Part shown: positions 14,187-29,000 of the stretch, one piece after another
Position numbering within the stretch: the first letter of the stretch is position 1
Layout of the letters: every line of letters begins with the position of its first letter
Origin: the human T2T-CHM13v2.0 reference genome, Homo sapiens
Length of the DNA: 64,000 bases
Assembly: GCF_009914755.1 (NCBI RefSeq)
Contig: NC_060926.1
Direction: 5' to 3' (one strand)
Position numbers and translations under genes: made by a program
The notes under the pieces: model-generated
Database searches by the model: none
What the model was told of the DNA's origin: nothing
What the model saw: the letters and a program-made list of their open reading frames with translations, nothing else

Positions 14187-15903
14187 ACCACAAAACAACC
14201 ACAAAATAAATAACAAAATGGCAGGAGTAAGTCCTTGCTTTTCAGTAATAACATTGTATGTAAATGGTCTACAGTCTCCAATCAAAAGACAGACTGGCTG
14301 AATGGATTACAAAACAAGACCCAGTGATCTGTTGTCTATAAAAAATATTCTTTACCTGAAGAGACACATATAACTGAAAATAAAAAGATGGAAAAAGTTA
14401 TTTCTTACCACTAGAAACCAAAGAAGAACAGGAGTTACTATACTTATATCACACAAAATAGATTTCCAGCCAAAAACAATAACTAGAGACAAAGAATATC
14501 ATTATATAATGATAAAGGGATCAATTCAGCAAGAGAATATAACAATTGTAAATATATATGCACCTAACACTGGAGCACCCAGATATATAAAGAAAATATT
14601 ATTAGAGCTGAAGAGAGAGAGAGAGAGACTCCAATATAGTAATAGCTGGAGATTTCAACACCCCCCTTTCAGTATTGGACAGATATTCCAAATAAAAAAT
14701 CAACAAAGAAACATCAGACTTAATCTGCACTATAGACCAAATGGATCTAATAGAAAATTACAGAACATTTCATCCAAAGGCAACAGGATACAGATTCTTC
14801 TCCTCCACACATGGATTATTCTCAAGGATACACCACATGTTAGGTCACAAAACAAATCTGAAAACATTTAAAAACATTAAAATAATATCAAACATCTTCT
14901 CTGATCATAATGAAATAAAACTAGAAATTAATACAAGAGCAATTTTGGAAACCATACAAACACATGGAAATTAAACAATATACTCCTGAATGACCAGTGG
15001 GTCAAAGAAGAAATTAAGAAGGAAATTGAAAATTTTTTGGAAACAAATGATAATGGAAACACAACATACCAAAACCTATGAGATACAGCAAAAACAGTAC
15101 TAAGAGGGAAATTTATATCTATAAGTGCCTACAACAAAAAAGAAAAAAAACTTCAAATAAATACCTAATGATGGATCTTAAAGAACTAATAAAGTTAAGT
15201 ACAAACCGAACCCAAAATTAGTAGAAGAAATTATAAAAATCAAAGCAGAAATAAATGAATTTAAAATGAAGAAAACAATACAAAAGATAAATGAAACAAA
15301 AAAATATTTTTTTATGATGAACAAAATTGACAAACCTTTAGCCAGACTAATGGAGAAAAAAAGAGAGAAGACCCAAATAAATAAAATTAGACATGAAAAA
15401 GGAGACTTTACAACTGATACCACAGAACTTCAAAGGATCATTAGTGGCTACTATGAGCAACTATATGCCAATACAATGGAAATTTTAGAAAAAAAGGATG
15501 GATTCTTAGACACATACAATCTACCAAGATTGAACCAGGAAGAAATCCAATACCTGAGCAAACCAATAACAAGTAATGAGATCCAAGCTGTAATAAACAG
15601 TCTCCCAGTAAAGAAAAGCCCAGGTCCTGATGCCTTCACTGCTGAATTCTACCAAACATTTAAAAAAGAACTAATACCAATATACTCAAACTGTTCCAAA
15701 AAGTAGAGAAGGAATAAACACTTCCAAACTCATTCTGTGAGGCCACTATTACCTTGATACCTGAACCAGACAAAGACAAATCAAAAAAAAAAAAAAGAAA
15801 GAAAAAAGAAAACTACAGGCCAATATCTCTGATGAATATTGATGCAAAATCCTCAACAAAACACTAGAAAACTAATCAACAATACATTTAAAAAGATAAT
15901 TCA

Positions 15904-16090
15904 ATACAATGGACTCTGGGGACTCAGGGGAAAGAGTTGGTGGGGGGTGAGGGATAAAAGACAATACATCGGGTACAGCGTACACTGTTTGAGTGATGGG
16001 TGCACCAAAATCTCAGAAATCATCACTAAAGAACTTATTCATGTATCCAAACACCATCTGTTCCCCCCAAAAAACCTATTGAAATTAAAA
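15904..16090 (+). mobile_element. L1PB1-like 3' end inserted in L1MA2 ORF2
   Basis: atacaatggactctggggactc...gggataaaagac...ctattgaaattaaaa; TSD aaaaagataattca (15890-15903) / aaaaaaatcattca (16091-16104). Host ORF2 resumes with HHDQVGFIP. Confidence 0.85.
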
Positions 16091-17534
16091 AAAAAAATCA
16101 TTCATCATGACCAAGTGGGGTTTATCCCAAGGATTCATGGATGGTTCAACATATGCAAATCAATCAATGTGATACATCCTATCAACAGAATGAAGGACAA
16201 AAATCAGATGGTCATTTCAATTGATGCTGAAAAAGCATTTGATAGAGTCCAACATCCCTTCATGATTAAAAAAAAAACCTGAAAAAACTAGGTATAAAAG
16301 GAACATACCTCAATATAATGAAAGCCATATTTGACTGACCCACAACTGGTATCATACTGAATGGGAAAAAAAATGAAAGGCTTTCCTCTAAGATCTGGAA
16401 CACGAGAAGGATACCCACTTTCATGACTGTTATTCCACATAGTACTGGAAGTCCTAGCTAGAGCAGTCAGACAAGTGAAAGAAAAGTCATTTAAATTGGA
16501 AAGGAAGAAGTCAAATTACCCTTGTTTGCAGAAGATATAATCCTGTATTTGGAAAAACCTAAAGACTCCACCAAAAAACTATTAGAACTGATAAATTTAG
16601 TAAAGTTGTAGGATACAAAATTAACATACAAAAATCAGTAGCATTTCTATATGCCAACAATGAACAATCTGAAAGAGAAATGAGAAAAGCAATCCCATTT
16701 ATAATAGCTACAAATAAAATGGAATACCCTGGAGTTAACCAAAGAAGTGAGAGATCTCTACAATGAAAACTATAAAACACTGAGGAAAAAAATTGTAAAG
16801 AACACCAAAAAGTGGAAAGCTAATTCATGTTCATAGATTGGAAGAATCGATATTGTTAATATGTCTACACCACTAAAAGCAATCTACAGATTCAACACAA
16901 TCCCTATCAAAATGCCAATGACAATCATCACAGAAATAGAAAATAATTCTAAAATTTATATGAAACCACAAAAGACCCAGAACAGTCAAATCTATTCTAA
17001 GCAAAAAGAAAAAACTAGAAGAATCACATTACCTGATTTCAAATTATACTACAGAACTATAATAACCGAAACAGCATAGTACTAGCATAAAAACAGATAC
17101 ATAGACCAATGGAACAGAATAGAGAACCCAGAAACAAATCCTACAGTTAACTCGTTTTGGACAAAGGTGCCAAGAACATACGCTGGAGAAAAGACAGTCT
17201 CTTCAGTAAATAGTGCTAGAAAAACTGGATATCCATACGCAGAAGAATGAGACTAGACCCCTATCTCTCATCACATATAAAAATCAAATAAAATGGATTA
17301 AAGACTTACATCTAAGACCTCAGACTATGAAATTACCACAAGAAAACTTAGGCAAACATCTCCAGGATATTGGTCTGGAAAAAAAATATTGAGCAATACC
17401 CCACAAGCACAAGCAACCAAAGCAAACATGGACAAATGAGATGATATCAAGTTAAAAACCTTCTGCACAGCAAAGGATACAATCAACAAAGTGAAGAAAC
17501 GACACACAGAATGGGAGAAAATATTTGCAAACTA

Positions 17535-18148
<614 letters not shown>

Positions 18149-18914
18149 TTAGTACAACCACTATGGAGAACAATTTGGAGGTTCCTCAAAAACGTAAAAA
18201 TAAAGCTATCATACAACTCAGCAATCTCACTGCTGGGTATATACCCAAAAGTGAGGAAATCAGTATATTGGAGAGATATCTGCACTCCCATGTTTGTTGT
18301 AGCACTGTTCACAATAGCCAGGATTTGGAGGCAACATAAGTGTCAATCAACAGATGAATGGGTAAAGAAAAATGTCTGTTGTGGTACATATACACAATGA
18401 AGTACTATTCAGCCAAAAAAAAAAAAAAGATATTCTGTCCTTTGCAACAACATGGATGGAACTGAAGGTCATCGTGCTAAGTGAAATAAGCCAGGCACAG
18501 AAAGACAAATATGTTCTCATTTATTTATGGGATCTAAAAATCAAAACCATTGAACTCATGGAGATGGAGAATAGAAGGATGGTTACCAGAAGCTGGGAAG
18601 GGTAGTAGGGAGATGGCAGGAGCAGTGGGGGGAAGTTAATTGGTACAAAAAAAAAATTTAGAATGAACAAGACCTAGTATTTGTTAGCACAACGGGGGGG
18701 ACCATAGTCAATAATTTAATTGTACATTTTAAAATAACTAAAATATAATTGGATTGTTTGTAATACAAAGGATAAATGCTTGAGTTTATCATCCAATTTT
18801 CTATGATGTGATTATTCTGCATTCATGCCTGTGCCAAAATATATCAGTACCCCATAAATATACATGCCTGCTATATACCCACAAGAAAAGAAAAATAAAA
18901 ATAAGAGTCAATGA

Positions 18915-19400
18915 TGGCTTCTGCTTAAAGAAGCCCCTTTGCCCCTCTCAAAACTCTACTAAAGTGATCATGAATGGATTTGTAAAGGCACAATCCCACA
19001 AAATGGAAGGAGTGACTAAATACATACACTATATACATATGTGCATACATACATATAAAAGCTGAGAAGCAGATAGAAAAATATGGAAACCAACAGATCC
19101 AAGAGTGCTGAAATATGCCAGGAAAAGGCAAGCTCATCTGTACTGAAGAACCCCAAATGGGTCAGGAATTTCAGAGCACCAAGTAGTTCTGAAAGAGGAG
19201 GTATAGGTAGTGCTGAAAGCAGAAGGACTGATTGAAAGTCAGTTTAATATGTAGTCAGTGGTCCCAGCTAAGGGAGGGCTGGAAGTTGATGCTCTAGTGA
19301 GGTTCGACCATCAAAACCAAGTGCCCCTCTATGTCCTTAGAACCACCAGAGTGGAGGGAAGGGTCAGCAAGTGAGGCCCAACTTCAACAGTGCCACTAGG
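18915..19400 (+). mobile_element. HAL1/L1M-like 5' fragment
   Basis: Resembles 5270-5600 (ctctactaaa...cccacaa...tcaggaatttcagag...ttgaaagtcagtttaa). Confidence 0.45.
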
Positions 19401-20575
19401 ATGTCTTTTATATATGGAAGCACCATGTAAAATATTGTGTGAAGAAAGATACTGTCATTGAGGATAAATATTTCTCTCTAGGCCACGATCTTACACCATC
19501 ACAGATGGAGGGTATTGGGCAGGCCTGCCATCTGGCACTTAAATATCTTACTGAGTAATCAGGCAAATATGTGAGGGTTCTGGCCTTAATTAAAAACATC
19601 AGAAAGATGTTAAAATAAGAGCACGAATCTGGGAATGTCAGCCAAAAGCCTAAAGATAAAAATTCCCCATTTTGTCTTAAAGTTAAAAATAAGAGTTAAT
19701 TTTGGAGACAAATCTACCTAGGGTTATTCTTTTTCCATCCCCTGTTCTGACTCATCCTGTTGCCTAAGGATCCTTTCTGGGTGCTTTTGACACAGAAAGG
19801 GAAGTTTGAAAATGCGTAGAAGGAAGGAGAGGATTTCAAGTTTAATCGTAAGCCTAACCTGAGTTTTTGCACATTATTCACAGTATTTAACTGCCTGGAT
19901 TCAGAAGCCAGAGTTTTAGCCTCAATGCTGACATTTACAATCCAGGTAAAACCAGGGCCTTGGTTTTCTTGACTATAAGAAGATGAGAATAACAATGCCC
20001 ACATCAAAGTTAGGATTAAAATTAATTTGTTGACATTAGTGTTGAAGTTAAGATTTAATAAGATAATGAGCAATAAAAGGTTTTAACATGACATCTGGGA
20101 TGTAGTAAACACTAGTTACATTTATTGTTTTTCAAGGAATCACAAACTGTAGAAGGAAAACAAGCTATTAAAGAGCATCAGTGGTTAGGGTTCCTAAAGG
20201 AATAGAAAGGAATGAGTTGGACATTTAAGATATAGTTGATTTTTGTCTGCACCGTAAATGAAAATTGCCTTCAATATATTCTGTTTTGTCTTAAGAAAAT
20301 CTACAAACCTATACCTTATGGACTAAATCAACATGGCTCAGTCTGCACCAGACTTTTTACTTCATTCTGGACCCAATTCTTCTGTAAGGGTGGCTCCTTT
20401 TGTGTGAGTAGACAGCTGGAGGTAGGAGGCTGATGCTCTAGGGAGGGTTTAATCCCATTATTTTTCTACCAAGATCAGCTCTTGGCAGAGACAATGTGGC
20501 CCCCTCATTAATCAATAAAAGCAGTGCTGAACTCCACCATGGTTAGAGCTCCAGCTTGAAAATATTGTTTGCCTT

Positions 20576-20864
20576 ACACCGCATGTTCTCACTCATAGGT
20601 GGGAATTGAACAATGAGAACACATGGACACAGGAAGGGGAACATCACACACCAGAGCCTGTTGTGGGGTGGGTGGAGGGGGGAGGGATAGCATTAGGAGA
20701 TATACCTAATGTTAAATGACGACTTAATGGTGCAGCACATCAACATGGCACATGTATACATATGTAACTAACCTGCACGTTGTGCACATGTACCCTAAAA
20801 CTTAAAGTATAATAAAAAACAAACAAACAAACAAAAACAAAAAAAAGTAAAAAAAAAAAGAAAA
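20576..20864 (+). mobile_element. L1PA4-like 3' end, 5'-truncated
   Basis: cattaggagatatacctaatgttaaatgac...caacatggcac; A/CAAA tail; perfect 18-bp TSD gaaaatattgtttgcctt (20558-20575 / 20865-20882). Confidence 0.93.
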
Positions 20865-21105
20865 GAAAATATTGTTTGCCTTGCTCCTAACATCATCACA
20901 AAGACCTCAGGAAATCCAAACATCACGACTCCTACTCCTGTGGTTTTTCTTTCCAAATACCCCCCAGTATTCTTTCTCTCCCTGGTGTTATATACACAAT
21001 TCCCATGAACTGGAGCTGGACCTAACAGTATCTAGTGAGTATAGGAAGACTAGCATTAAAGCAGATGACAATGCTCCATGTCATTAGGGACCAAAGCTGG
21101 TAAAA

Positions 21106-22845
21106 CAGTAGTTCTTGAAGTGTGGTCCCTAGTATCACCTGGCAACTTGCTAGAAATGCAAACTCTGGGACCCCACTCAAGACATGTTGAATAAGGATTT
21201 CAGGTGGAGCCCAGCAATCTGGTTTTTTAACTTTTTTTTTCTTATTTTTGCCTTGACAAATTAAAATTGTACATATTTATATGTACAACATTATGTTTTG
21301 AAACGTCTATACATTATAGAATGGCTAAATTGGCCTCACATATCATTTTTTGTGGTAAGAACACCTATAAGTCTACTCTCCATGATTTTCACATATATAA
21401 TACATTGATATTAACTATAGTAACCATGTTGTGTATTACATCTCTTTGACTTATTCCTCCTAACTGAAATTTTATGTTCTTTCACAAACACCTCCCAGTC
21501 TGTATCCTCCCTGCCCCTGATCCTGGTAACAACCATTCTACTCTAATTCATCTTTTTTTAGATTCTACCTATAAGTGAGATTATAAAGTATTATTGTCTT
21601 TCTGAGCCTGGCTTATTTCACTTAACATAATGTCCTCCAAGTTCATCCATGTTGTTGCAAATGAGAGGATTTTTTTAAGGCTGAATAATCTTTCATTGTC
21701 TATATACCACATTCTCTTTATCCATTCATTGCTAAACACTTAATTTGATTCTGTAACTTGGCTATTGTAAATAATGCTTCAGTGAACATGGGAGTGCAGC
21801 TATCCCATCCCATGCTGCTTTCATTACCTTTGGATATATACTTAGTAATGGAATTGCTGCGTTGTATGGTAGTTCTATTTTTAATTTTTTGAGGAAACTT
21901 CATACCATTTTCCATAATGGCTATACAAATTTACATTTCCACCAACAGTGTACAAGGGTTTCCTTTTCTCCACAACTTTGCCAACAATTGTTATCTTTCA
22001 CTTTTACTGTCAATTAATTTTTGGCAAGGATACCAAGAACACAATGGGGAGACAAGGGTCTCTGCAATAAATGTTGTTAGGAGAGCTGAATATCCTCAGG
22101 CAGAAGAATGAAATTAGACCCTTATCTCACATCACATACAAAAAACAACTGAAAATGGGTTACAGATTTAAACATAAGACCCAAAACTGTAAAACTATTA
22201 GAAGGAAACACAGGAGAAAAGCTAAGTTCCGTAACATTGGTCTGGGAAAAATGTGCTCCCAAAAGCATAGGCAAAAAAAGTGAAAATAAACAAATGTATT
22301 ACATCAAGCTAAAAAGCTTCTCCACAGCGGAGAAAAATAGAGTGAAGAAACAACCTACAGAATGGGAGAAAATATTTCCAAATCATACATCTGATAAGGA
22401 GTTAATGTCCAAAATATATAAAGAGCTCAAACAACTCAATAGCAAGAAAACAAATAACCTGATTAGAATATGGACAAAGGACCTCAACAGACATTTCTCA
22501 AAAGAAGACATACAAATACAAAACAGGTGTATGAAAAGATGGTCAACATCACTAATATCAAGCAAATGAAAATTAAAACCATGATGAGCTGTCACTTCAC
22601 ACCTATTAGAATGGCTGTTATCAAAATTTCTAAGAATAGATTTTAAATATTCTTACCATAAAGAAATAAGTCTGTAAGGGGATGGATATGTTAATTTGCT
22701 TGATTTAATCATTCCACAATGTATACATGTATCATAACATCATATTGTACTCTATAAATATATACAATTATTGTCAGTTAAAAATATAATTTTTTAAAAA
22801 AACTGTTTTAACAAGCCCTTCAGGTGATTTTAATGAATGCTTCCC
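21106..22845. mobile_element. MER5A split by an L1MA composite
   Basis: Left part ends gcccagcaatctggttttttaac (21231). Right part resumes ctgttttaacaagcccttcaggtgatt (22803 onward). Confidence 0.8.
21232..22802. mobile_element. L1MA composite: minus 3' segment, inverted ORF2 segment, second plus-strand 3' end
   Basis: 21232-21999 antisense 3'UTR/ORF2 end. 22000-22626 sense ORF2 ([11 protein letters not shown]...[12 protein letters not shown]). 22627-22802 sense L1MA terminus. Confidence 0.8.
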
Positions 22846-23077
22846 CTTGAAAGCAACTTAAATAAAACAAATGTTTTTAATAGCAACTGAAAGGACTTAG
22901 GTAAGATAAAATGGAAGCTTTTGTCAAAGAGCTAATAGCACTTGACAGTGTTAAATGCTAAATTGTAAAGACGTAAGAGCTACTACAGAAAAGCCTTCTG
23001 TAATTACTTTTCAGTGTTTATCTCCCCCACTCAGCTATGAACTTTAAGAGATCAAGAACTACATCTGTCTTGTTCTT

Positions 23078-26000
23078 TGTTTTATTTCTTCTTAAAAAAA
23101 AAATACACGTGCAGAATATGCAGGTTTTTTATGTAGGTATATGTGTCCCATTGGTGGTTTTGCTGCACCTATTGACCCATCTTCTAAGTTCCCTCCCCTA
23201 GCCCCCCACCCCCCAACAGGCCCTGATGTGTGTTGTTCCTCTCTGCGTCGATGTGTTCTCATTGTTCAACTCTCACTTATGAGCAAGAACACGTGGTGTT
23301 TGATTTTCTGCTCCTGCATTAGTTTGCTAAGGATGATGGCTTCCAGCTTCATCCGTGTCCCTGCAAAGGACATGATCTCTTTCCTTTTTTATGAGTGCAT
23401 AGTATTCAGTGGTGTATATGTGCCACATTTTCTTTATCCAGTCTATTCTTAATGGACGTTTGGGTTGGTTCCATGTCTTTGCTATTGTAAATAGCTCTGC
23501 AATAAACATACATGTGCATGTGTCTTTATAGGAAAGTGATTTATATTCCTTTGGGTATATACCTAGTAATGGGATTGCTAGGTCAAATGGTATTTCTTGT
23601 TCTAGATCCTTGAGGAATCACCATACTGTCTTCCACAATGGCTGAACTAATTTACATTCCCAATATTGTAAAAGTATTCCTATTTCTCCACAGCCTCGCC
23701 AGCATCTATTGTTTCTCGACTTTTTAATAATCACCATTCTGACTGGCATGTGATGGTATCTCATTATAATTTTGATTTGCATTTCTCTGATGATCAGTGA
23801 TGTTAAGCTTTTTTCATGTTTGTTGGCTATGTAAATGTCTTCTTTTGAAAAATGTCTGTTCACATCCTTTGCCCACTTTGTGATGGGGTTTTTTTCTTGT
23901 AAATTTGTTCATGTTCCTTGTAAATTGTGGATATTAGGCCTTTGTCAGATGGGTAGATTGAAAAAATTTTCTCCCATTCTGTAGGTTGCCTGTTCACTCT
24001 GATGATAGTTTCTTTTGCTGTGCAGAGCTCTTTAGTTTAATAAATCATTTGTCAATTTTGGTTTTAGTTGCAATTTCTTTTGGCATTTTTTTCATGAAGT
24101 CTTGGCCCATGCCAATGTCCTGAATGGGATTGCATAGGTTTTCTTCTAGGGTTTTTACGGTTTGTGGTTTTACATTTAACTCTTTAATCCATCTCAAGAT
24201 AATTTTTGTATAAGGTATAAAGACAGGGGCCAGTTTCAGTTTTCTGCATATGGCTAGCTCATTTTCCCAGCACCATTTATTGAATAGAGATCCTTAACCC
24301 ATTGCTTGTTTTTCTCAGGTTTGTCAAAGATCAGATGGTTGTAGATGTGTGGTGTTATTTCTGAGGTCTCTGTTCTGTTCCATTGGTCTATATGTCTATT
24401 TTGGTACCAGTATCATGCTGTTTTGGTTATTGTAGCCTTGTGTATAGTTTGAAGTCAGGTAGTGTGATGCCTCCAGCTTTGTTCTTTTTGCTTAGGATTG
24501 TCTCATCTATACAGGGTCTTCTTTGATTCCATATGAAATTTAAAGTTTTTCTAATTTAAAGAATTAGAATTTTTCTAATTATGTGAAGAATGTCAATGGT
24601 AGTTTGATGGGAATAGCATTGAATCTATAAATTACCTTGGGCAGTATGGCCATTTTCATGATACTGATTTTCCTATCCATGAGCATGAAGTGATTTTCCA
24701 TTTGTTTGTGTCCTCTCTTATTTCCTTGAGCAGTGGTTTGTAGTTCTCCTTGAAGGGGTCCTTCATATCCCTCGTAAGTTGTATTCCTAGGTATTTTATT
24801 CTCTTTGTAGCAATGGTGAATGAGAGTTCACTCATGATTTGGCTCTTTGCTTGCCTATTGTTGGTGTAAAGAAATGCTTGTGATTTTTGTACATTGATTT
24901 TGTATCTTGAGATTGCTGAAGTTGCTTATCAGTTTAAAGAGTTTTGGGGCTGAGGTGATGGGGGTTTCTAAATATAAAATCATGTTGCCTACTGAGAGAG
25001 ATAATTTGACTTCCTCTCTTCCTACTTGAATACGCTTTATTTCTTTCTTTTTCCTGATTGTCCTGGCCAGAACTTCCAGTACTATGTTGAATAAGAGTGG
25101 TGAGAGAGGGCATCTTTGTCTTGCACCAGTTTTCAAAGGGAATGCTTCCAGCTTTTGCCCATTCAATATGATATCGGCTGTGGGTTTGTCATAAACAGCT
25201 CTTATTATTTTGAGATATATTCTATCAATACCTAGTTTATTGAGAGTTTTTAACAGGATGGGATGTTCAATTTTATCAAAGCCCTTTTCTGTATCTATCG
25301 AGAGAGTCATGTGGTTTTTGTCTTTGGTTCTGTTTATGTGATGGATTATGTTTCTGATTTGCATATGTTGAACCAGCCTTGCATCCCAGGGATGAAGCCG
25401 ACTTGATTGTGGTGGATAAGTTTTTTGATGTGCTGCTGTATTTGATTTGCCAGTATTTTATTGAGGATTTTCGCATCGATGTTCATCAGGAATCTTAGCC
25501 TGAAGTTTTATTTTTTTGTTGTGTCTCTTCCCAGTTTCGGTATCAAGATAATGCTGGCTTCATAAAAGGAGTTAGAGAGAAGTCCCTTTCTTTTCAGTTG
25601 TTTGGAATAATTTCAGAAAGAATGGTACCAGCTCCTCTTTGTACTTCTGATAGAATTCAGCTGTGAATCCATCTGGTCCTGGGCCTTTTTTGGTTGGTAG
25701 GTGATATGGTTTGGCACCACCCAAATCTCAACCTGAATTGTATCTCCCAAAATTCCCACATGTTATGGGAGGGACTCAGGCGGGAGGTAACTGAATCATG
25801 GGGACCAGTTTTTCCCATGCTATTCTTGTGATACTGAATAAGTCTCACGAGATCTGATGGGTTTATCAGGGGTTTCTGCTTTTGCTTCTTCCTCATTTTT
25901 TCTTGCTGCCACCATGTAAGAAGTGCCTTTCCCCTCCTGCCATGATTTTGAGGCCTCCCCAGCCAGGTGGAACTGTAAGTTCAATGAAATCTCTTTTTCT

Positions 26001-29000
26001 TCCCAGTCTCAGGTCTGTTTTTATCAGCAGCATGAAAACAGATTAATACAGTAGGTCATTAATTGCTGCATCAATTTCAGAACTTGTTATTGGTCTATTC
26101 AAGGATTCGACCTCTTCCTGGTTTAGTCTTGGGAGGGCATATGTGTCCAGGAATTTATCCATTTCTTCTAGATTTTCTAGTTTATTTGCATAGAGGTGTT
26201 TATAGTATTCTCTGATGGTAGTTTGTATTTCTGTTGGATCAGTGGTGATACTCACTTTATCATTTTTTACTGTGTCTGTTTGATTCTTCTCTCTTTTCTT
26301 ATTAGTCTAGCTAGCAGTCTATCTATTTTGTTAATTTTTTCAGAAAACCTAGATTCATTGATTTTTTTGCAGGGTTTTTCATGTCTCTATCTCTTTCAAT
26401 TCTGCTCTAATCTTAGTTATTTCTTGTCTTCTGCTAGCTTTTGAATTAATTTACTCTTGTCTCTCTCTTTTAATTGTGATGTTATGTTATCAATTTGAGG
26501 TCTTTCCAGCTTCCTGATGTGGGCATTTAGTGCTACATATTTCTTAACACTGCTTTAGCTGTGTCCCAGAGATTCTTGTACATTTTCTGTTTGTTTTTAT
26601 TGGTTTCAAAGAATTTCTTGATTTCTATCTTAATTTCATTATTTACCCATGAGTCATTCAGGAGCAGGTTGTTCAATTTCCATGTAATTATTTGGTTTTG
26701 AGTGTGTTTCTTAATCCTGAGTTCTAATTTGATTGCACTTTGGTCTGAGAGACTGTTTATTATGATTTCTGTTCTTTTCATTTGCTGAGGAGTGTTTTAC
26801 TTCCAATTACATGGCTGATTTTATAACTGCCATTGGCACTGAGAAGACGTATATTCTGTTGACTTGGGGTGGAGAGTTCTGTAGATATCTATTAGGTCCA
26901 TATGATCCAGAGCTGAGTTCAAGTCCTGAATATCCTTGTTAACTTTCTGTCTCGTTGATCTAATGTTGACATTGGAGTATTAAAGCCTCCCACTATTATT
27001 GTGTTGGAGCCTAAGTCTCTTTGTAGGTCTCTAAGAACTTGTTTTATAAATCTGAGTGTTCCTGCATTGGGCACGTATACGTTTAGAATAGTTAGCTCTT
27101 GTTGTTGAATTGTTCCCCTTACTATTAGGTAATGCCCTTCTTTGTCTCTTTTGATCTTTGTTGGTTTAAAATCTGTTTTGTCAGAGACTAGGATTGCAAC
27201 CCCTGCTTTTTTTTTTTTTTTTTTTTTTTTTGCTTTCCATTTGCTTGGTAAATTTTCCTCCATCCCTTTATTTTGAGCCTATGTGTGTCTCTGCATGTGA
27301 GCATGTGAAATGGGTCTCCTGAATACAGCACACTAATGAGTCAGGACTCTTAATCCAATTTGCCAATTGGTGTCTTTTAATTGGGGCATTTAGCCCATTT
27401 ACATTTAAGATTAGTATTGTTATATGTGAATTTGTTCCTATCATCATGATGCTATTTGGTTTTTTGCGCACTAATTGATACAGTTTCTTCATAGTGTCAT
27501 TGGTCTTTATATTTTGGTGTGTTTTTGCAGTGGCTGGTACTGGGTTTTCCTTTCCATAGTTAGTGCTTCTTTCAGGGGCACTTGCAAGGCAGGCCTGGTG
27601 GTAATGAAATCCCTCAGCATTTGCTTGTCGGGAAAGGATTTTATTTCTCTGCTTATGAAGCTTAGCTTGGCTGGATATGATATTCTGGGTTGAAAATTCC
27701 TTTCTTTAAGGATGTTGAATATTGGCCCCCAATTTCTTCTGGCTTGTAGAGCCTCTGTTAAGATGTCTATTGTTAGCCTGATGGGCTTCCCTTTGTAGGT
27801 AACCTAGCCTTTCTCTCTGGCTGCCCTTAACACTTTTTCCTTCATTTTGACCTTGGAGAATCTGACGATTATGAGCCTTGGGGTTGATCTTCTCATGGAG
27901 TATCTTAGTTATGTTCTCTGTACTTCCTTAATTTTTATGTTGGCCTGTTTTGTTAGGTTGGGGAAGTTCTCCTGGATAATATCCTGAAATGCGTTTTGCA
28001 GCTCTTTTCTATTCTCCCCATCTCCTTCAGGTACTCCAATCAATTGTAGGTTCAGTCTTTTTATGAAATCCCAAATTTCTTGGTACCTTTTTTCAGTCCT
28101 TTTTGTTCTTTTTTCTCTAGTCTTGTCTGCATGCCTTATTTCAGCAAGGTATCTTCAAATTCAAATGCCTTCCTCCACTTGGTCAATTTAGCTATTGATA
28201 CTTGTGTATGCTTCAAGAAGTTCTTGTGCTGTGTTTTTCTGCTCCATCAAGTCATTTATGTTCCTCTCTAAACTGAATATTCTACTTAGCAGCTCCTCTA
28301 ACCTTTTATCAAGGTTCTTAGCTTCTTTGTGTTGGGTTAGAACATGCTCCTTTAGCTCAGAGTAGTTTTTTATTATCCATCTTCTGAAGCCTACTTCTGT
28401 CAATTCATCCATCTCATCCTTTGTCCAGTTCTGTGCCCTTGCTGGAGAGATGCTGTGATCATTTGGAGGAGAAGAGGCACTCTGGGCTTTTGGGTTTTCA
28501 GCGTTTTTCCATTGATTCTTTCTCATCTTCGTGAGTTTGTCTAGTTTGGATCTTTGAGGCTGCTGACTCTTGGATGCGGTTTTTGTGGGGGCTTTTCATT
28601 GTTGTTGATGCTTTCTACTTGTTTGTTTTTCTTTCAATGGTCAGGTTCCTCTTCTGTAGGGCTGCTGCAGTTTTCTGGGGGGTTCATTTCAGGCCTTATT
28701 CATCTGGTTTGCTCCCGCACCTGGAGATGTCACTCAAGGAGGCTGGAAAACAGCAAAGAGGGGTGCCTGCTCCTTCTTCTGGGATCTCTGACCTCAAGGG
28801 GCATCAACCTGATGCCAGTAGGACCACTCCTGTATAGGGTCTCTGCCAACCCCTGTTGGAGGGTCTCACCCAGTTGGGTGGCATGGGGAATGGGACCGTT
28901 TAATGAAGCACTTTGTCCCTTGGTGGATGGGGTGTGCTTCACTGGAGGAAAACCTACTCATCTGGGCTGCCTGGATTCCTCAGAACTACCAGGAGGAAAG

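Noticed and set aside
15839-16282. 147-aa chimeric ORF
   Set aside because: Accidental frame across the L1PB1 insertion into dead ORF2.
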